From Mayamaea pseudoterrestris (Eukaryota), in the NCBI GenBank assembly GCA_027923505.1, contig BROI01000019.1:248001-312000 (forward strand): a DNA stretch of 64,000 nucleotides, given 5' to 3'. The notes under the pieces were generated by a model. The model had not been told where the DNA came from. It saw nothing but the letters and a program-made list of their open reading frames with translations, and did not search any database. Shown one piece after another: positions 10,116 through 21,217 of this stretch; positions within the stretch are counted from its first letter, which is position 1; each line of letters starts with the position of its first letter. The translations under genes were made by a program, and so were the position numbers.

Positions 10116-10610
10116 ATGATGTCCATGAAGCTACTATCGGCGGCCTCTCGTCGGGCTGCAGTCGCACCACTGACTCGTCAGCAACAAACTAGAAATTTGG
10201 CGCTCGGTGGTCACCATGGTCCGCCTCCCGAATGGACCGGAATTGATAAAGTAGTCCGAGGAGTCTTTCCGCAGGATTATCAATGTACGTGAATTCCAAA
10301 TTCCGTCTATTGTGGTGATGCGATTCGTCGCTCCATAGTCGTTAATCAGCTAACGTATTCCTTTTGTTTAACAGTGGCAATTGCCATTCTAGGCGGCTAT
10401 GTTGGTCTTGCAGTCGTTGGCAAGCTCATGTCGGGCGGCAAGAAGAAGGAGGAACCAGTTGCAGCTGCTCCAGCATCGCCGTCTTTTTCGACAAGCAGCA
10501 GCAATGCCATTCCCAGCATTGAATCGGACGACTTTGCCAAGTACTTGGAGACGGATGCCTTTTTGAAGTTGCTCGAAAACGAAAAGGAGTTGACGGCTGC
10601 CCTTGGTTAG
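10116..10610 (+). CDS. Small mitochondrial single-TM protein (possibly ATP synthase accessory subunit-like); 2 exons, 10116-10284 and 10375-10610
   Basis: Arg/Ser/Ala-rich presequence. 90-nt intron 10285-10374 (GTACGT...GCTAAC...ACAG) joins the two ORFs in frame (YQ-L-AIAILGGY). One TM helix. Confidence 0.75.
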
Positions 10611-10800
10611 GAACATTGATGTTTGGTGACACGGCAGTGAACGTGAACTGAGTTAACTGACGTTTGTTTTAGCAACTATAATCATCTTAACACTACTTTA
10701 TAGAAATGGAACAATGGTTGGTGCTGTATTTGCGTTGTTAAGTTGTATCAATGCTCGACAGGATATGCAAGCATCGTTGACATACAATTGTTGTTTCAGA

Positions 10801-11547
10801 TCAATCTTCCAAATCATTGGCGCTCATCACTCCAGTCCGAGGCCGACTAATGTCTCCAACAATCACATGCGGCAGCGAGCGACAAAAGTCTGCTACTGTC
10901 ACGCGGAGTTTCACATGCACGGCACCTCCACCCATCCAAAAGTACTTCAGCGGCACCACGGCGTCAGTCAACAAAATCGGAACGTCTTGCTGCAATAGTC
11001 CAAACGGTGTCACCGAGTTGTGCGAGTAGCCCGTGACTGCATCGTTATCTTCGGAGGAGGCGATGCGCAAGTCAAACTGGCCAGCGTCCAATCGACTGCC
11101 AACGGGTCGGAGCGATCGAAGCACGTTGATCGTCTTGCTGACATCCAAGGTTGCAGCATACTGAATGACAACTAGAAAGAACTTTGGGTTTGTCACGTCG
11201 CTGACAGATTCTTTATCGTTGTTCATTGAACTATGCTTCTTGTTTTCCATTAAAAGACTCTTGCAAAGGTAGTGAATCGAAGGTGCCTTTAGACACTTGG
11301 CTCGCTCCTCGAGCGTCCACGTGTAGTAGTCTGGCTGCGGTACCATCGCCCATTGCGCCGAGTAGATGTTACTCGACTCGACGGCGAGTCGCGCCCGCCG
11401 CATGGACTCGTCGACCACCAAAATTTGCGCGTCGCTGTCGTCATCATTGCTCTTTTTCTTTCTCAATGACGAATAATGACGTGACACCTCGAGCTTTTCA
11501 ACCCGAGCAACAAGAGTGTCTATGGAGCTGTCGTCGATCGAGGTCAT
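10801..11547 (-). CDS. YbaK/aminoacyl-tRNA deacylase-like domain protein
   Basis: LCKSLLMEN, TGYSHNSVTPFG and FWMGGGAVHVKL motifs. Likely ATG at 11547. Confidence 0.8.
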   Translation of the reverse strand: MTSIDDSSIDTLVARVEKLEVSRHYSSLRKKKSNDDDSDAQILVVDESMRRARLAVESSNIYSAQWAMVPQPDYYTWTLEERAKCLKAPSIHYLCKSLLMENKKHSSMNNDKESVSDVTNPKFFLVVIQYAATLDVSKTINVLRSLRPVGSRLDAGQFDLRIASSEDNDAVTGYSHNSVTPFGLLQQDVPILLTDAVVPLKYFWMGGGAVHVKLRVTVADFCRSLPHVIVGDISRPRTGVMSANDLED

Positions 11548-11706
11548 GGCGTTGCTCTGCTTACTTTTCTGCCTCGTCTCTTGCGACGCTTTGCGTCGCC
11601 ATGGTGACACGGAAGTTTCGGCGTGACAGTTCCGATGCGACTTGATGACGTTTTCTCGCGACTTCATCACTTTCGCTTCGAAACGCGCACATGCTCCACA
11701 ATCACC

Positions 11707-12762
11707 ATGGCGCGGCATCCAAAGCTACCGTGGCAACTGCTCCTCGTCTTCACAGAGAAAATTGAATCATTTACCGTAAACTCTAAAGCTGCAGGGAACT
11801 ATCGAAATACTCGTTGCTTCTCCGCGGGAGCCTCGGCGTCATCGGCAGCATCGGCACCTCCTCACGATCACTTGCAAGAATCAACGCGTATAGTAAAAGG
11901 CCGCATACCATTCGGCGGCGACTATTGCGGACTACTTGCAACGTTTACAGTAAATGGAAGTTTGATTCCACTTCCCGAGAATTGGATACCCAAGGAGCTA
12001 TTCGAGTGGGGACAAGTGCCGTCTGCCCTCGAAGTGCTCGTTTCCGAGGAATCAGCAGCTACAAGCGGGGATGATGCAACGAAGGATACTTTCACAAGAC
12101 TAGTAACCACCATTCTTCCTGCCACCGGATGCGCAGTCGATAATCAAGAGGTTGTAAAGAGTTCCGAGCAGTTCAAGATTGTGTCTAGACTCGAAACGGA
12201 CAAGATGCGAGCGTTGATCCTTGAGGATGCAAATGCTGATACCACCATCAAGTCAGGCAGGCATTTGTTAGAAGTGTCTTTTGCTTTAGTGGATGACGAA
12301 CATCGAGTAAGAATAACAATTCCAATTTCGACTCTCATACACATGGAAACCCGCAAGGAGACTGGCGACGGCTCGACCAACGAGTCTGCTCAATCACCAT
12401 TGCCGCCACAACTTATTGATCCCATTTCCATCTGTCTCGAACGTCAAGTCTCCAAAACCTCGACGCACGGAACAATTGCAAATGGTGGAGGATTGGATGG
12501 TCAGAAAGTGGCCCGCGTGCGAGGACCATGGCTCTCAAGCCAAATGGAGTTTGCGTCGCAGCCCATGGCCAATGATAAAGACAATGATGAGCACAAGTAC
12601 AACAGCATAAGGTTACCGCTGAATATCACAATAGCGTCGCTTGTGGCGAGTAATGGGTGTCTGGACGTGCGAGTGCAACACAGCTCGGGCGCTGGCGTTC
12701 GAGCAGTCGTTGCAGCGATGGATGCGGGTCCTTTCTATGAGCTCAGCTCACTTTTAACTTAA
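11707..12762 (+). CDS. Hypothetical protein, possibly organelle-targeted
   Basis: Long ORF from the ATG at 11707 with a globular-looking sequence. N-terminus has a short hydrophobic stretch followed by an S/A/R-rich segment. Confidence 0.6.
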   Translation: MARHPKLPWQLLLVFTEKIESFTVNSKAAGNYRNTRCFSAGASASSAASAPPHDHLQESTRIVKGRIPFGGDYCGLLATFTVNGSLIPLPENWIPKELFEWGQVPSALEVLVSEESAATSGDDATKDTFTRLVTTILPATGCAVDNQEVVKSSEQFKIVSRLETDKMRALILEDANADTTIKSGRHLLEVSFALVDDEHRVRITIPISTLIHMETRKETGDGSTNESAQSPLPPQLIDPISICLERQVSKTSTHGTIANGGGLDGQKVARVRGPWLSSQMEFASQPMANDKDNDEHKYNSIRLPLNITIASLVASNGCLDVRVQHSSGAGVRAVVAAMDAGPFYELSSLLT

Positions 12763-12858
12763 TACAAATAGTAAAGGCACTATTTCAATCTGCATAAAAC
12801 TACTGCGGAACGCAACATACATTCATCCGTAGTAAACGAACTGCCAGCAACCAGCAAC

Positions 12859-13716
12859 TCAACGCTTTCGTCGCTTGGAAACGTCTCGAACAGGCGCCAC
12901 AGTCGCAATGGAATGTTTGTGCGCCGACGCTTTTTCCGAGGCATACGCGCTCAGCTTGGTAAAGATGGCAGTATCCTTGATTTCGTCAAACATGATTTCC
13001 ATGCGGTCCTGGACGTCACCACTAATCTGCAAGGCTTGCGGACAATGCTCCTCGAGTTGTGTAATGACATGTCCAAGTTCCACGCCATTCAAGCGAAGCA
13101 AATTGGATGCAAACTGGGCCTTTGCATCCATTCCAACAGCGTTTGAATTGCCTGCCGATCTTGTCTTTAATGACGCAGGGCTCAGATCGGATCTTGCTTC
13201 AGCTTCGTCGTCGTCAAACTCCGCTTCCTCCTCCTCATCATCGTCGTCGTCCGCTTCTTCTTCCTCTTCCTCTTCCTCGCCTTCCACCTCTTCTGCAGCT
13301 ACCTTTTCATTATCTTCGTCATCCTCATCCTCATCATCTTCCTCCACCTGAACCTGGCCAACGTCATGCTCGGCCTTGATTTTTCGGTATCGATCCTCGA
13401 ATCGCTTACTCAAAGATTTAGCCAAGTGCCAAAAATCCGATTTCTCCGCGTTAAACAGCATGCAGTTCTTCCACACCAGCCGAACGTCATGAGCGCAGGC
13501 AGCCGCGTTTGCGTATTGGCGGCGATCAAGCTTGCGCTTGACAGTCCCCAAGTCCATGGGATGCTTGATGATTTCGGGATAGTCGAAAAGCTCGAGGCCC
13601 CGCCAGTCGACTGGCTCCAAAAAGGGACCTGCGTCGGGGCGTGACATGATGGAATTCAACAGCTTGGTGAGCTTTTGGAGTGGCTCCTTTTGGCCTGGTT
13701 CTTCGAGTGATGGCAT
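12859..13716 (-). CDS. Bromodomain protein (BET/GTE-like) with acidic tract and ET-like C-terminus
   Basis: PFLEPVDWRGLELFDYPEIIKHPMDLGTVKRKL...DVRLVWKNCMLFN; D/E tract; C-terminal NLS KRRKR. ATG at 13716. Confidence 0.9.
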   Translation of the reverse strand: MPSLEEPGQKEPLQKLTKLLNSIMSRPDAGPFLEPVDWRGLELFDYPEIIKHPMDLGTVKRKLDRRQYANAAACAHDVRLVWKNCMLFNAEKSDFWHLAKSLSKRFEDRYRKIKAEHDVGQVQVEEDDEDEDDEDNEKVAAEEVEGEEEEEEEEADDDDDEEEEAEFDDDEAEARSDLSPASLKTRSAGNSNAVGMDAKAQFASNLLRLNGVELGHVITQLEEHCPQALQISGDVQDRMEIMFDEIKDTAIFTKLSAYASEKASAHKHSIATVAPVRDVSKRRKR

Positions 13717-14065
13717 GGTGGTGAATGACGCGCGCGTACACAAGTTGAGCGAATAAATTGATGAAGTGGAAAGTAAAGCAGTCGCTTGAGCGTCAACGTA
13801 ACGAGGATGAATAAGCAGCGCTTTCAAGGCTTGTTTCTATTGGAAGGATTGCACGCCATGGCAGCAAAAAGCGCGGCGTTCTGTAGCGGAGTCTTGGTGC
13901 GACATGGATTACGTCACGACGAGTTTATCCGTTTCCCGCCGGTCGGCCCTAGTAAAGAGTGCGTGTTGCCTATAACTTACTAGCAGTACAGTATAAAATC
14001 AAAAAGTCCTCTCTTAACTTGACTTTCGGTCCTCATTTGCCGAACTTTACCACCACCACTACTTG

Positions 14066-15316
14066 TCAAACAACGCCCCATGCTCGGTCAAACTCATCCA
14101 CTGCTTCGTCGCCTTCGGGTAACACTCGAGCTCCAATATTGTACAAAAATGCTTCGCGCCATTGTATATCATTGGTAATGAGCATGCTGGAGTCGTCATG
14201 CAACTGTCCAAGGTTGGCAGTCTCGGGCGCTCGAGCCTGCTGACTCGCACCTCCAGCGTCACCACCAACATCATCCTCCTCATCATCATCGTCCTGTAGT
14301 CGCAGTATAGTGCCTTCCTCCGATCGTCGCAGTATGGTTCGTCGCTGCCGCTTCCTCGCAGCTTGCTCATCATGCTCTCCTTGCTTGGGCGGCAGTTCAA
14401 AGCTAGCATACAATCCCCAGCATGACTCCATGATGAAACCCCAATTGCCAGTGGGTGATCGTCGCACCGAATAGGTCGGAACGTCGCGACCGCCAACGGT
14501 CAAGCGAATGTAGGAACCGAGTGGACGGGTCGGCAAGTCCATGGGGCGCGTCAAGAACCGCCATGTCATGGGGGATGGTGGGTCTGTAATAGTGGCGGCA
14601 GCAGCTGTATCTGCTGCTGGTGCTGCTGTCTGCCGATGCAACGCCGCAGCACTTGCTGTCTGACACTGAGGCTGAACAAGGTCAGCATGTGCTTCTTCAT
14701 TTCCCAGTAAACTATTCGCCGTCGACTCCGGCGCCGGAACGTACTGCTGCACCAATCCATTCTCCAAAAAAACAAACTGCCTTGGCGTTTTTCCATTGTA
14801 CCACGGATCCACCCGCGTCCAGTCTGTTCCTGCCGATTCCTTGAAGCGAAAGCTCCAAATGGTTCCAACTCGTGTATTTGGATGATACACCAACTCCTCC
14901 CGATGTACATGGTTTCGCGTCTTGGCGTCAATGAGTGAATTCAAGTATGCTTCGCGACGATTGTACGTTTGCAGTTTCGCCACTGGACAAACGTGAATCT
15001 TGTCGTGCCAGAGCGTTTGACACTGCATGTCCCAGTCGGCGAGCCGGCAAAAGGTTTGATTCACGACGCGGACTTGCAGTAAACTCGAGGCATCCAAGAA
15101 TCCAGTCATGCGAACAATCACATCGTCTGGTAGCAGTTGAAAGACATCGACGGGTGGTGGTAGCTTTCCAATGAGCTCTTGAGATTGTAATAGTGATGAA
15201 TCAGCAATAAAGTCAACATGCCGCTGCTCCTGCAGTTGCTGATGGACTCGCTTTTCGGCCATGATGCGTTTCCGAGCGACTAGGACGTGACTCTTGCCGT
15301 TCCGAGGTGTCGACAT
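14066..15316 (-). CDS. F-box protein
   Basis: LLPDDVIVRMTGFLDASSLLQVRVVNQTF F-box motif. Confidence 0.75.
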   Translation of the reverse strand: MSTPRNGKSHVLVARKRIMAEKRVHQQLQEQRHVDFIADSSLLQSQELIGKLPPPVDVFQLLPDDVIVRMTGFLDASSLLQVRVVNQTFCRLADWDMQCQTLWHDKIHVCPVAKLQTYNRREAYLNSLIDAKTRNHVHREELVYHPNTRVGTIWSFRFKESAGTDWTRVDPWYNGKTPRQFVFLENGLVQQYVPAPESTANSLLGNEEAHADLVQPQCQTASAAALHRQTAAPAADTAAAATITDPPSPMTWRFLTRPMDLPTRPLGSYIRLTVGGRDVPTYSVRRSPTGNWGFIMESCWGLYASFELPPKQGEHDEQAARKRQRRTILRRSEEGTILRLQDDDDEEDDVGGDAGGASQQARAPETANLGQLHDDSSMLITNDIQWREAFLYNIGARVLPEGDEAVDEFDRAWGVV

Positions 15317-15814
15317 GATGGTCGTGTCGCTTGTTCCTTCCGCTGTTTGCTCTGCCTTCTACTATTACTCGTGCTGAAAGTGCCCTTCACCTGGAGCATT
15401 TCTTGATGAAACCTGATTTACGCAGTCAAGTGACCCTGGTACGTGTATTATTTGTAACTGGTTGACTGGTTTCGTGTGTACTGTATCTTGGAACGTTGAT
15501 GTGCGAGTTTCGTTGGAGGCCGTTCGCGCATTCGAAAAAGCGCGCGCTTTCGAGTCATGATTGGTCGCGGCGTGACTGGAACACGTGCTGAAAACCTGAT
15601 CGTATCGGTACTCCAGCTGTCCAAAATCAAAACGAGCGATAAAGTTTACCGCAAAGCCGCCGACGTCGTTCTCATACCGTAGGTATGTCTTTCGCTGCAT
15701 GCTGATTGTGTCGAACGACGACAGCAAGTTGCAAAGCTAAAATTAAGTTATAGTCTCGCTTGCTTGCATATAATATACTCGACAACCCGTCACGCAGCTC
15801 TAAAAGCTCACACG

Positions 15815-18268
15815 ATGGACATAAACATGAATGAGCTAGACGATGCGCTTCGTCGTTGCTGCCAAGCCACTGCCCTCGAGCCAGGAAATCATGAAGAGGA
15901 GGACCGCGAAGCCGTGACAGCAGCGTTGCTCCAACGTATATTCAGTTCGCGACAGCTGGTGCCTCAAGAGTATTCAGCAAAACTATTACCTCCAAAATTA
16001 TCGCGTCATTTGTACATGCAATTTTACAGTCGCGCTACTGAAGGTCAACAAGCCAAGGCGCAAACATCGCGAACGACAATGACTGCGGCGCTCAAACATG
16101 GTCCCGTCGCCCCGTTAAAGTCATTGAAACGGACGACGTTGAAAGAAGTGGCTCGACGCGTGAACTACATTCACAGTGATCTTGTCCTTTTCTTATCGAC
16201 AAGCGAACCAGCGTGTATGCTCGATGGAGCACTTGTGTTTGTTGAAGATGATTGCGGTGACTGTATCCCACTCTCCCTGCGTAACTTTGTTCAACCAGAT
16301 CAAAAGGTTGCCGAGCTTTTACCGAGTGGCATGAAACTCGCGTTGTTAGCTCCCTATATGAAAAACATGGAAGATGACTTGGATGAACCACTCGAGCTCC
16401 GATGCGATAATCCCCAGTGCATTGTACGATATGACACAACGTTGGCATGGGAGGCAGCCAAAGCTGGAAAACTGCCCCCATCTGAACCCTTCAGCCCGGC
16501 TTCACTGAAGAAACGCGGAAACGAAGCGTTTCAACACAAAAGACTTGACCTCGCTTTTAGATATTACTCTAGAGCAGTGTCGTGCCCGTCCATTGAGCCC
16601 GGCGACAGGATCAATTGTCTTAGCAACCGCGCACTCGTCTCACTTGGAAGGCAGCAATGGGAACAGGCAGCAAATGATGCTCAGGGTGTACTTTCGCTCG
16701 ACAGCAGCCACGTCAAGGCGAAGTACCGGCTCGCAAAAGCTTTTTCACGTCTTGGAAAGGTGGACGAAGCGCTTGTTGTTGCGAAAGAGCTGCTTGTTGC
16801 TGAACCGGCAAATGATGATTTCAAGTCGCTTTTAGGTGAATGTGAGATATCGTCAATTGAGCACCGCGGTGAGTACGATCTAGAAAGGATGCGAAAGGAA
16901 CAGGCTGCCGGCAACCACAGTACGTTTCATGCTGATTACGTATCTGCGAAAGCAGCTTTTGGTGTGGATATCTTACTGCGCTCCGGTGAGACATACCGTG
17001 GCTGCAGGGCATTGCAAGATATTGATGAGAATGAACTCATTTGCGCATCCAAAGCAATGGTATATGTCAAGCATGAGAAAGACGTCGCAGCCCAACTGGA
17101 AGTGGACGTTTATTCAAGTCGATTGGATAAGGGATCGCGAATCAAAGCGTGCTCACAGGCCGTTGCATTGCTGTATAGCCGGCCATCTCTTGGGCGCAAG
17201 CTTTATCGTCTTAGTGCAGGTCCAGCTTACAGCGAAGTAGCAACCGAGAACGTTGAGAAGATTGATATTCCGCGTATTCAGGCCATTCTAGCCTCTAATG
17301 TATTCGGTACCCACGACGAAAGTCTTGAGGCCAAAGTCAGCTGGAAGCGATGGAAGAGAGTTCAAGAGATTCATCGGCCATTAAGTGATATGGAGCACGC
17401 TGCGATTGGCAGCGAGATGGAACCCGGGACGGGGCTTTGGCTAACCGAGTCCATGTTCAACCACTCGTGTGTCCCAAACTGTACCTGGCAGCAGATCGGT
17501 GATCACATTTTCATTCGAAGCACACGTCCCATTTCATCGGGAGAAGAGCTAAGTGTCACATACGTCCCTCACCAGGACACTTACAGCGAAAGAGTCGCAG
17601 CATTTGGTCGCTGGGGCACTGGTTTCGAATGTAAATGTGAATGGTGCCATACAATCCGAACAGACCATCGGCTAAGGAAGATGGTAACTACTATTGAAGA
17701 AGCACACAAGCAGGCCGCCAACCTGGTCACGGCTAAGGGTTTATCAACGTGGGGAGCAGCGGAACGCGTCTTGCCCTCATCGAAGCGCGTACAACTCTTG
17801 TCGGATATGAAGCAATACTCGCCTCACCTGCAGCACATTGCTGGCGCTAATCTGCGCATTATGCACGGAGCTTGCCTCGCTCATGCTGGTAATCATGCTA
17901 CGGCTCTGGCCATGTACGAGGAAGCAGCTGCTATCACGTATGCAGTGCGTGGTAGTGCTGGAGTGGGTATAATGCATGATCTTTGGCGCATTGCCGCGGC
18001 TGCTATGAAGTGCGGAAACGAACGGAAGGCCGTGAATGCTTTGATGGATGTGTGGAAGAATCCTCAATTTGCAGCTTTTTCTTCTGTTGTTGAGGCGCAG
18101 CAGGCGTTTAAAAGCTTGACCTACCAGTATGGTTCGGCATGGTTTGGTGACAAAACGCTTTCTCCAAGCGACGTCAGAAAGTGGACGAAGCTCGCTCGGG
18201 ACGTTTGTGAAAACAAGTCGACCGCAAAGTCGAGCAAGGCAACGAAGCGCAGAAAAGGCCGCAAGTAA
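15815..18268 (+). CDS. TPR + SET domain protein (SMYD-like lysine methyltransferase)
   Basis: TPR repeats (LKKRGNEAF, SNRA, KAKYRLAKA); SET motifs RGCRA, MFNHSCVPN, GEELSVTY; post-SET FECKCEWC. ATG at 15815. Confidence 0.9.
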   Translation: MDINMNELDDALRRCCQATALEPGNHEEEDREAVTAALLQRIFSSRQLVPQEYSAKLLPPKLSRHLYMQFYSRATEGQQAKAQTSRTTMTAALKHGPVAPLKSLKRTTLKEVARRVNYIHSDLVLFLSTSEPACMLDGALVFVEDDCGDCIPLSLRNFVQPDQKVAELLPSGMKLALLAPYMKNMEDDLDEPLELRCDNPQCIVRYDTTLAWEAAKAGKLPPSEPFSPASLKKRGNEAFQHKRLDLAFRYYSRAVSCPSIEPGDRINCLSNRALVSLGRQQWEQAANDAQGVLSLDSSHVKAKYRLAKAFSRLGKVDEALVVAKELLVAEPANDDFKSLLGECEISSIEHRGEYDLERMRKEQAAGNHSTFHADYVSAKAAFGVDILLRSGETYRGCRALQDIDENELICASKAMVYVKHEKDVAAQLEVDVYSSRLDKGSRIKACSQAVALLYSRPSLGRKLYRLSAGPAYSEVATENVEKIDIPRIQAILASNVFGTHDESLEAKVSWKRWKRVQEIHRPLSDMEHAAIGSEMEPGTGLWLTESMFNHSCVPNCTWQQIGDHIFIRSTRPISSGEELSVTYVPHQDTYSERVAAFGRWGTGFECKCEWCHTIRTDHRLRKMVTTIEEAHKQAANLVTAKGLSTWGAAERVLPSSKRVQLLSDMKQYSPHLQHIAGANLRIMHGACLAHAGNHATALAMYEEAAAITYAVRGSAGVGIMHDLWRIAAAAMKCGNERKAVNALMDVWKNPQFAAFSSVVEAQQAFKSLTYQYGSAWFGDKTLSPSDVRKWTKLARDVCENKSTAKSSKATKRRKGRK

Positions 18269-18596
18269 AGTTAAAAGTGCTGGTCAGATGCATTCGGGCG
18301 GTGTAACGCAGGCAGGTGAATTGTGAAAGTGGTCGCTTATCCGTACTGTTTAATGTAATGCGTTTAGCAAGTTAGGTAACGAGCAGTGTGCATAGTTATT
18401 GTTCCATTCGCTCATTTGAACTTAATAGTAATGAGCTTAATAGTAATGAGGTAATCTCCTGCTGATCTCCGTGTCGTCGTATGATGCCACTACAAGTTAC
18501 AAGTCTGCATGTCATATCATATCTGACTGGAAAAGACATGCATCGGCTTCTAGCCGCCGCATCAATTCTTTCATTCGATATATATATATATATATT

Positions 18597-18959
18597 TCAC
18601 AATCTTTTCCCTCCTAAACCAATCCATCGTAACCAGCCTCTCTTTGCTTCCGACGCAGCAGCGTCATCTTTTACTTCATGCGACTGCTGCAACGTCGCCG
18701 TCGTTCGATTCGCTTGCTTGTTCAATTCACGCAATTGCTCTCGATACGCCTGATGCTGCTCCTGCTGCTTTTGTAGTCGTTCAATCTGCTCCTTCATGTT
18801 GGTATTTGGATTGGCTGGATACTTGACGTATTGGTAGTATTCGACCGCCTGTCGTTGTCGCACTGGATCGCTAAACCACCAGGAAGCAATGATTGGAATT
18901 CCAATGTATATGCCAAACTTCCATGCTTCCAACTGTAATCCCTGTTTTCCTTTCGCCAT
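18597..18959 (-). CDS. PET100: Pet100-like cytochrome c oxidase assembly factor
   Basis: LEAWKFGIYIGIPI...F.DP N-terminal signature followed by a coiled coil. ATG at 18959. Confidence 0.7.
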   Translation of the reverse strand: MAKGKQGLQLEAWKFGIYIGIPIIASWWFSDPVRQRQAVEYYQYVKYPANPNTNMKEQIERLQKQQEQHQAYREQLRELNKQANRTTATLQQSHEVKDDAAASEAKRGWLRWIGLGGKRL

Positions 18960-19208
18960 GGTAAATACGTTGTTGTTGCGCTGTGATTGACAATGGAGAA
19001 GACTTGTCGGTTTCAATGCGTGGCGGCTCGTTCCATGGTCGAACGTCAATGTGCGAAAACCACTGCGATAGTGTGTGACTGATGTCGTAGAACCACTCAG
19101 CTGCGAACCATCCGTTTCCACCAAAGCGACCATGGAACAAAACGCTCACTCGCGCGCGGTTACTCGTCGTAAAACATTGACAAAAGCACTCACATCGCTG
19201 TCAATACC

Positions 19209-20087
19209 ATGCCACCAACTAGCGCTCCTCAAACAAAGCCAAAGAAGAAGAAGGGCCGCGCTCCCGCGCACCAAAACGCCGTTGCCTTTCACCACAATCC
19301 AAAGTCGAAAAAGACGGCGCACATACTGTCGCTTCCGATTCAGCACGTTTGCTTGAAATGCAAGGAGAAGCTAGAGTGGCGCAAGCAGTATCGCAAGTAC
19401 AAGCCCTTGACGCAACCAACCAAATGCAATATTTGCGAAAAGCGCAACGTGATTGCAGCCTATCATACAATTTGTCGAGACTGCAGCTGTCATTCGGCAA
19501 AGGCAGTTTCGTTGCTTGGCGAGTGGAATGAGAATCGGGGAGAGCAGCAAGAGGAAGAAGATCATTTGGAGACTTCTGATTCTGCGGAGGATGGGGAGCA
19601 AGACGTTGCTGTTGCTGCAGTAGTCGGCGATGACGATGGCGCTGCCGCGACGACGGAACATACTGTCGACGCACAAACTCCAGACGCACATCCTGCTCCG
19701 TACGTCAAGAGAATCAAGCAACCCTTTACTCGCGTCTGCGCCATTTGCGTCAAGGAACCAGCGCTCCGCGACCATGATGACGAAAACGACGAAGATGCTG
19801 GAGTGAATCTCAAGCGCCTCAAGCTTCGCGAGCTCAAGACGCTGGAGCGAAAGCAGGAACGCGCCAATCAAAAGCCGCGGCGGAAGAAACAAGCGAGTGA
19901 GAATGACGATGAAGTCGAAGGATGTGATGATGAGGAAGAAGAAGATCAATTTGATACGGATGAAGACGGAAGCGACGATGAGGAAGATCCGTTTCTACTT
20001 GCCGTCGGAGGAGCGGACAAGCTTGCAGTGGGAGACGCTTACCAGAAGCTTGTACTGGAGCGACAGCAAGCACAAGCTGAAGCGTAG
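19209..20087 (+). CDS. C9orf85/DUF2039 zinc-binding protein
   Basis: HQNAVAFHHNPKSKKT, CLKCKEKLEWRKQYRKYKPL and KCNIC...AYHTIC..C motifs; acidic tail. Confidence 0.85.
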   Translation: MPPTSAPQTKPKKKKGRAPAHQNAVAFHHNPKSKKTAHILSLPIQHVCLKCKEKLEWRKQYRKYKPLTQPTKCNICEKRNVIAAYHTICRDCSCHSAKAVSLLGEWNENRGEQQEEEDHLETSDSAEDGEQDVAVAAVVGDDDGAAATTEHTVDAQTPDAHPAPYVKRIKQPFTRVCAICVKEPALRDHDDENDEDAGVNLKRLKLRELKTLERKQERANQKPRRKKQASENDDEVEGCDDEEEEDQFDTDEDGSDDEEDPFLLAVGGADKLAVGDAYQKLVLERQQAQAEA

Positions 20088-20361
20088 CGGACACTGACAT
20101 GAGTCGAGACAATATAGTGTGTAATTGGTAATAGCTATTGCACTCCGTTTCGATGTCGTTGATTCACTGTCATCCCATATCGCATCGGGATTTGGTTTCC
20201 ATTAACAGTACGACGTACAATATCTTGTTCGCATCTTCCCAAAACGCTTCCACGCTCGCACTCTTCGCGCAAGATCCGCAAGATATACCGGACACCCAAA
20301 ACGAAGATTGAGCATCTCGTCTCAAGCCAGACTACGTACCAAGACTTGTCCTGCCACTACC

Positions 20362-21217
20362 ATGGATGAACTACAGCGCGAGATTGATGAATATGAGATC
20401 TTTCTTCGAAACGTCCCAGACCAAGACTCGCCTCTTGCACATTGACGCGCATGCTCCCTAAATATACGACGTTACGTTCACGATTGATGACGAAGCCAGG
20501 CGCAGAATCGTCAGCGCCGTCAAGGTTTCAGCCGAAGTCGAGTTGGCGGATGCTGTGGAATCTTTGCGCTTGGCGGAACAAGAGCATGACGTCAAGTCGA
20601 TCACCCTATCTTTGTTGCGCTGCAAATACCTTTCGTTGCAGCTCTATAATCCAGACATTATTACTTGCTATGCAAACGGACATGATGAAGAATATCCTAT
20701 GCGCTCTCGCGTAGACCATCTCCTTTCAGTCGTGCACCTGGAACCGGAAAAGGCGGCGGACGTACTCCTCGCGACATTTATGACGGTTTACACACCAGTG
20801 GTAGAAGACGGGAAACGCATCATGCATTTCGACGTCTTTTCTCCCGGAAAGAATCTCTGCAAGTGTCTTGATTCGTTAGTTTTGGCCATCAAGATGAAAG
20901 CCGAATTGGACAACTATGATCACGATACAGTCGATGAGTGGATTGCAAGCCGAGGTGGAATGAATAAGTTTGCTTCAAACTACTCTCTGCTCGATGGCGC
21001 TCATTTCGAGACAGCCTTGGATGCGTTGTATCTGGCCTTCAAATCGGATGTGGATGAAATTGTGGAAGTTTATGTAGCTGAAGGGGGTGAGAGTAGCGAT
21101 GGCGAATCGAGTGTCGACGAAACTGACGGATCGAGTGTCGAAGAAGGTGACGAGGTGAGTATGGATAGCGGGCGAGTCAATCTGATTGAGGACGATAGTG
21201 ACGGTGACGTACGCTAG
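20362..21217 (+). pseudogene. Orphan ORF with a disrupted 5' end (probable pseudogene)
   Basis: ATG 20362 (MDELQREIDEYEIF...) stops after 27 codons. The long downstream frame (open 20462-21217) is a different frame, has a TAA at 20459, and no convincing intron links the two. Confidence 0.45.

Noticed and set aside
15365..15727. 120-aa minus-strand ORF between the F-box and TPR-SET genes
   Set aside because: Non-ATG start, no motif, and it lies in a divergent promoter region.
18421..18595. 15-bp tandem duplication CTTAATAGTAATGAG and a (TA)n tract
   Set aside because: Ordinary slippage repeats in a convergent intergenic region.
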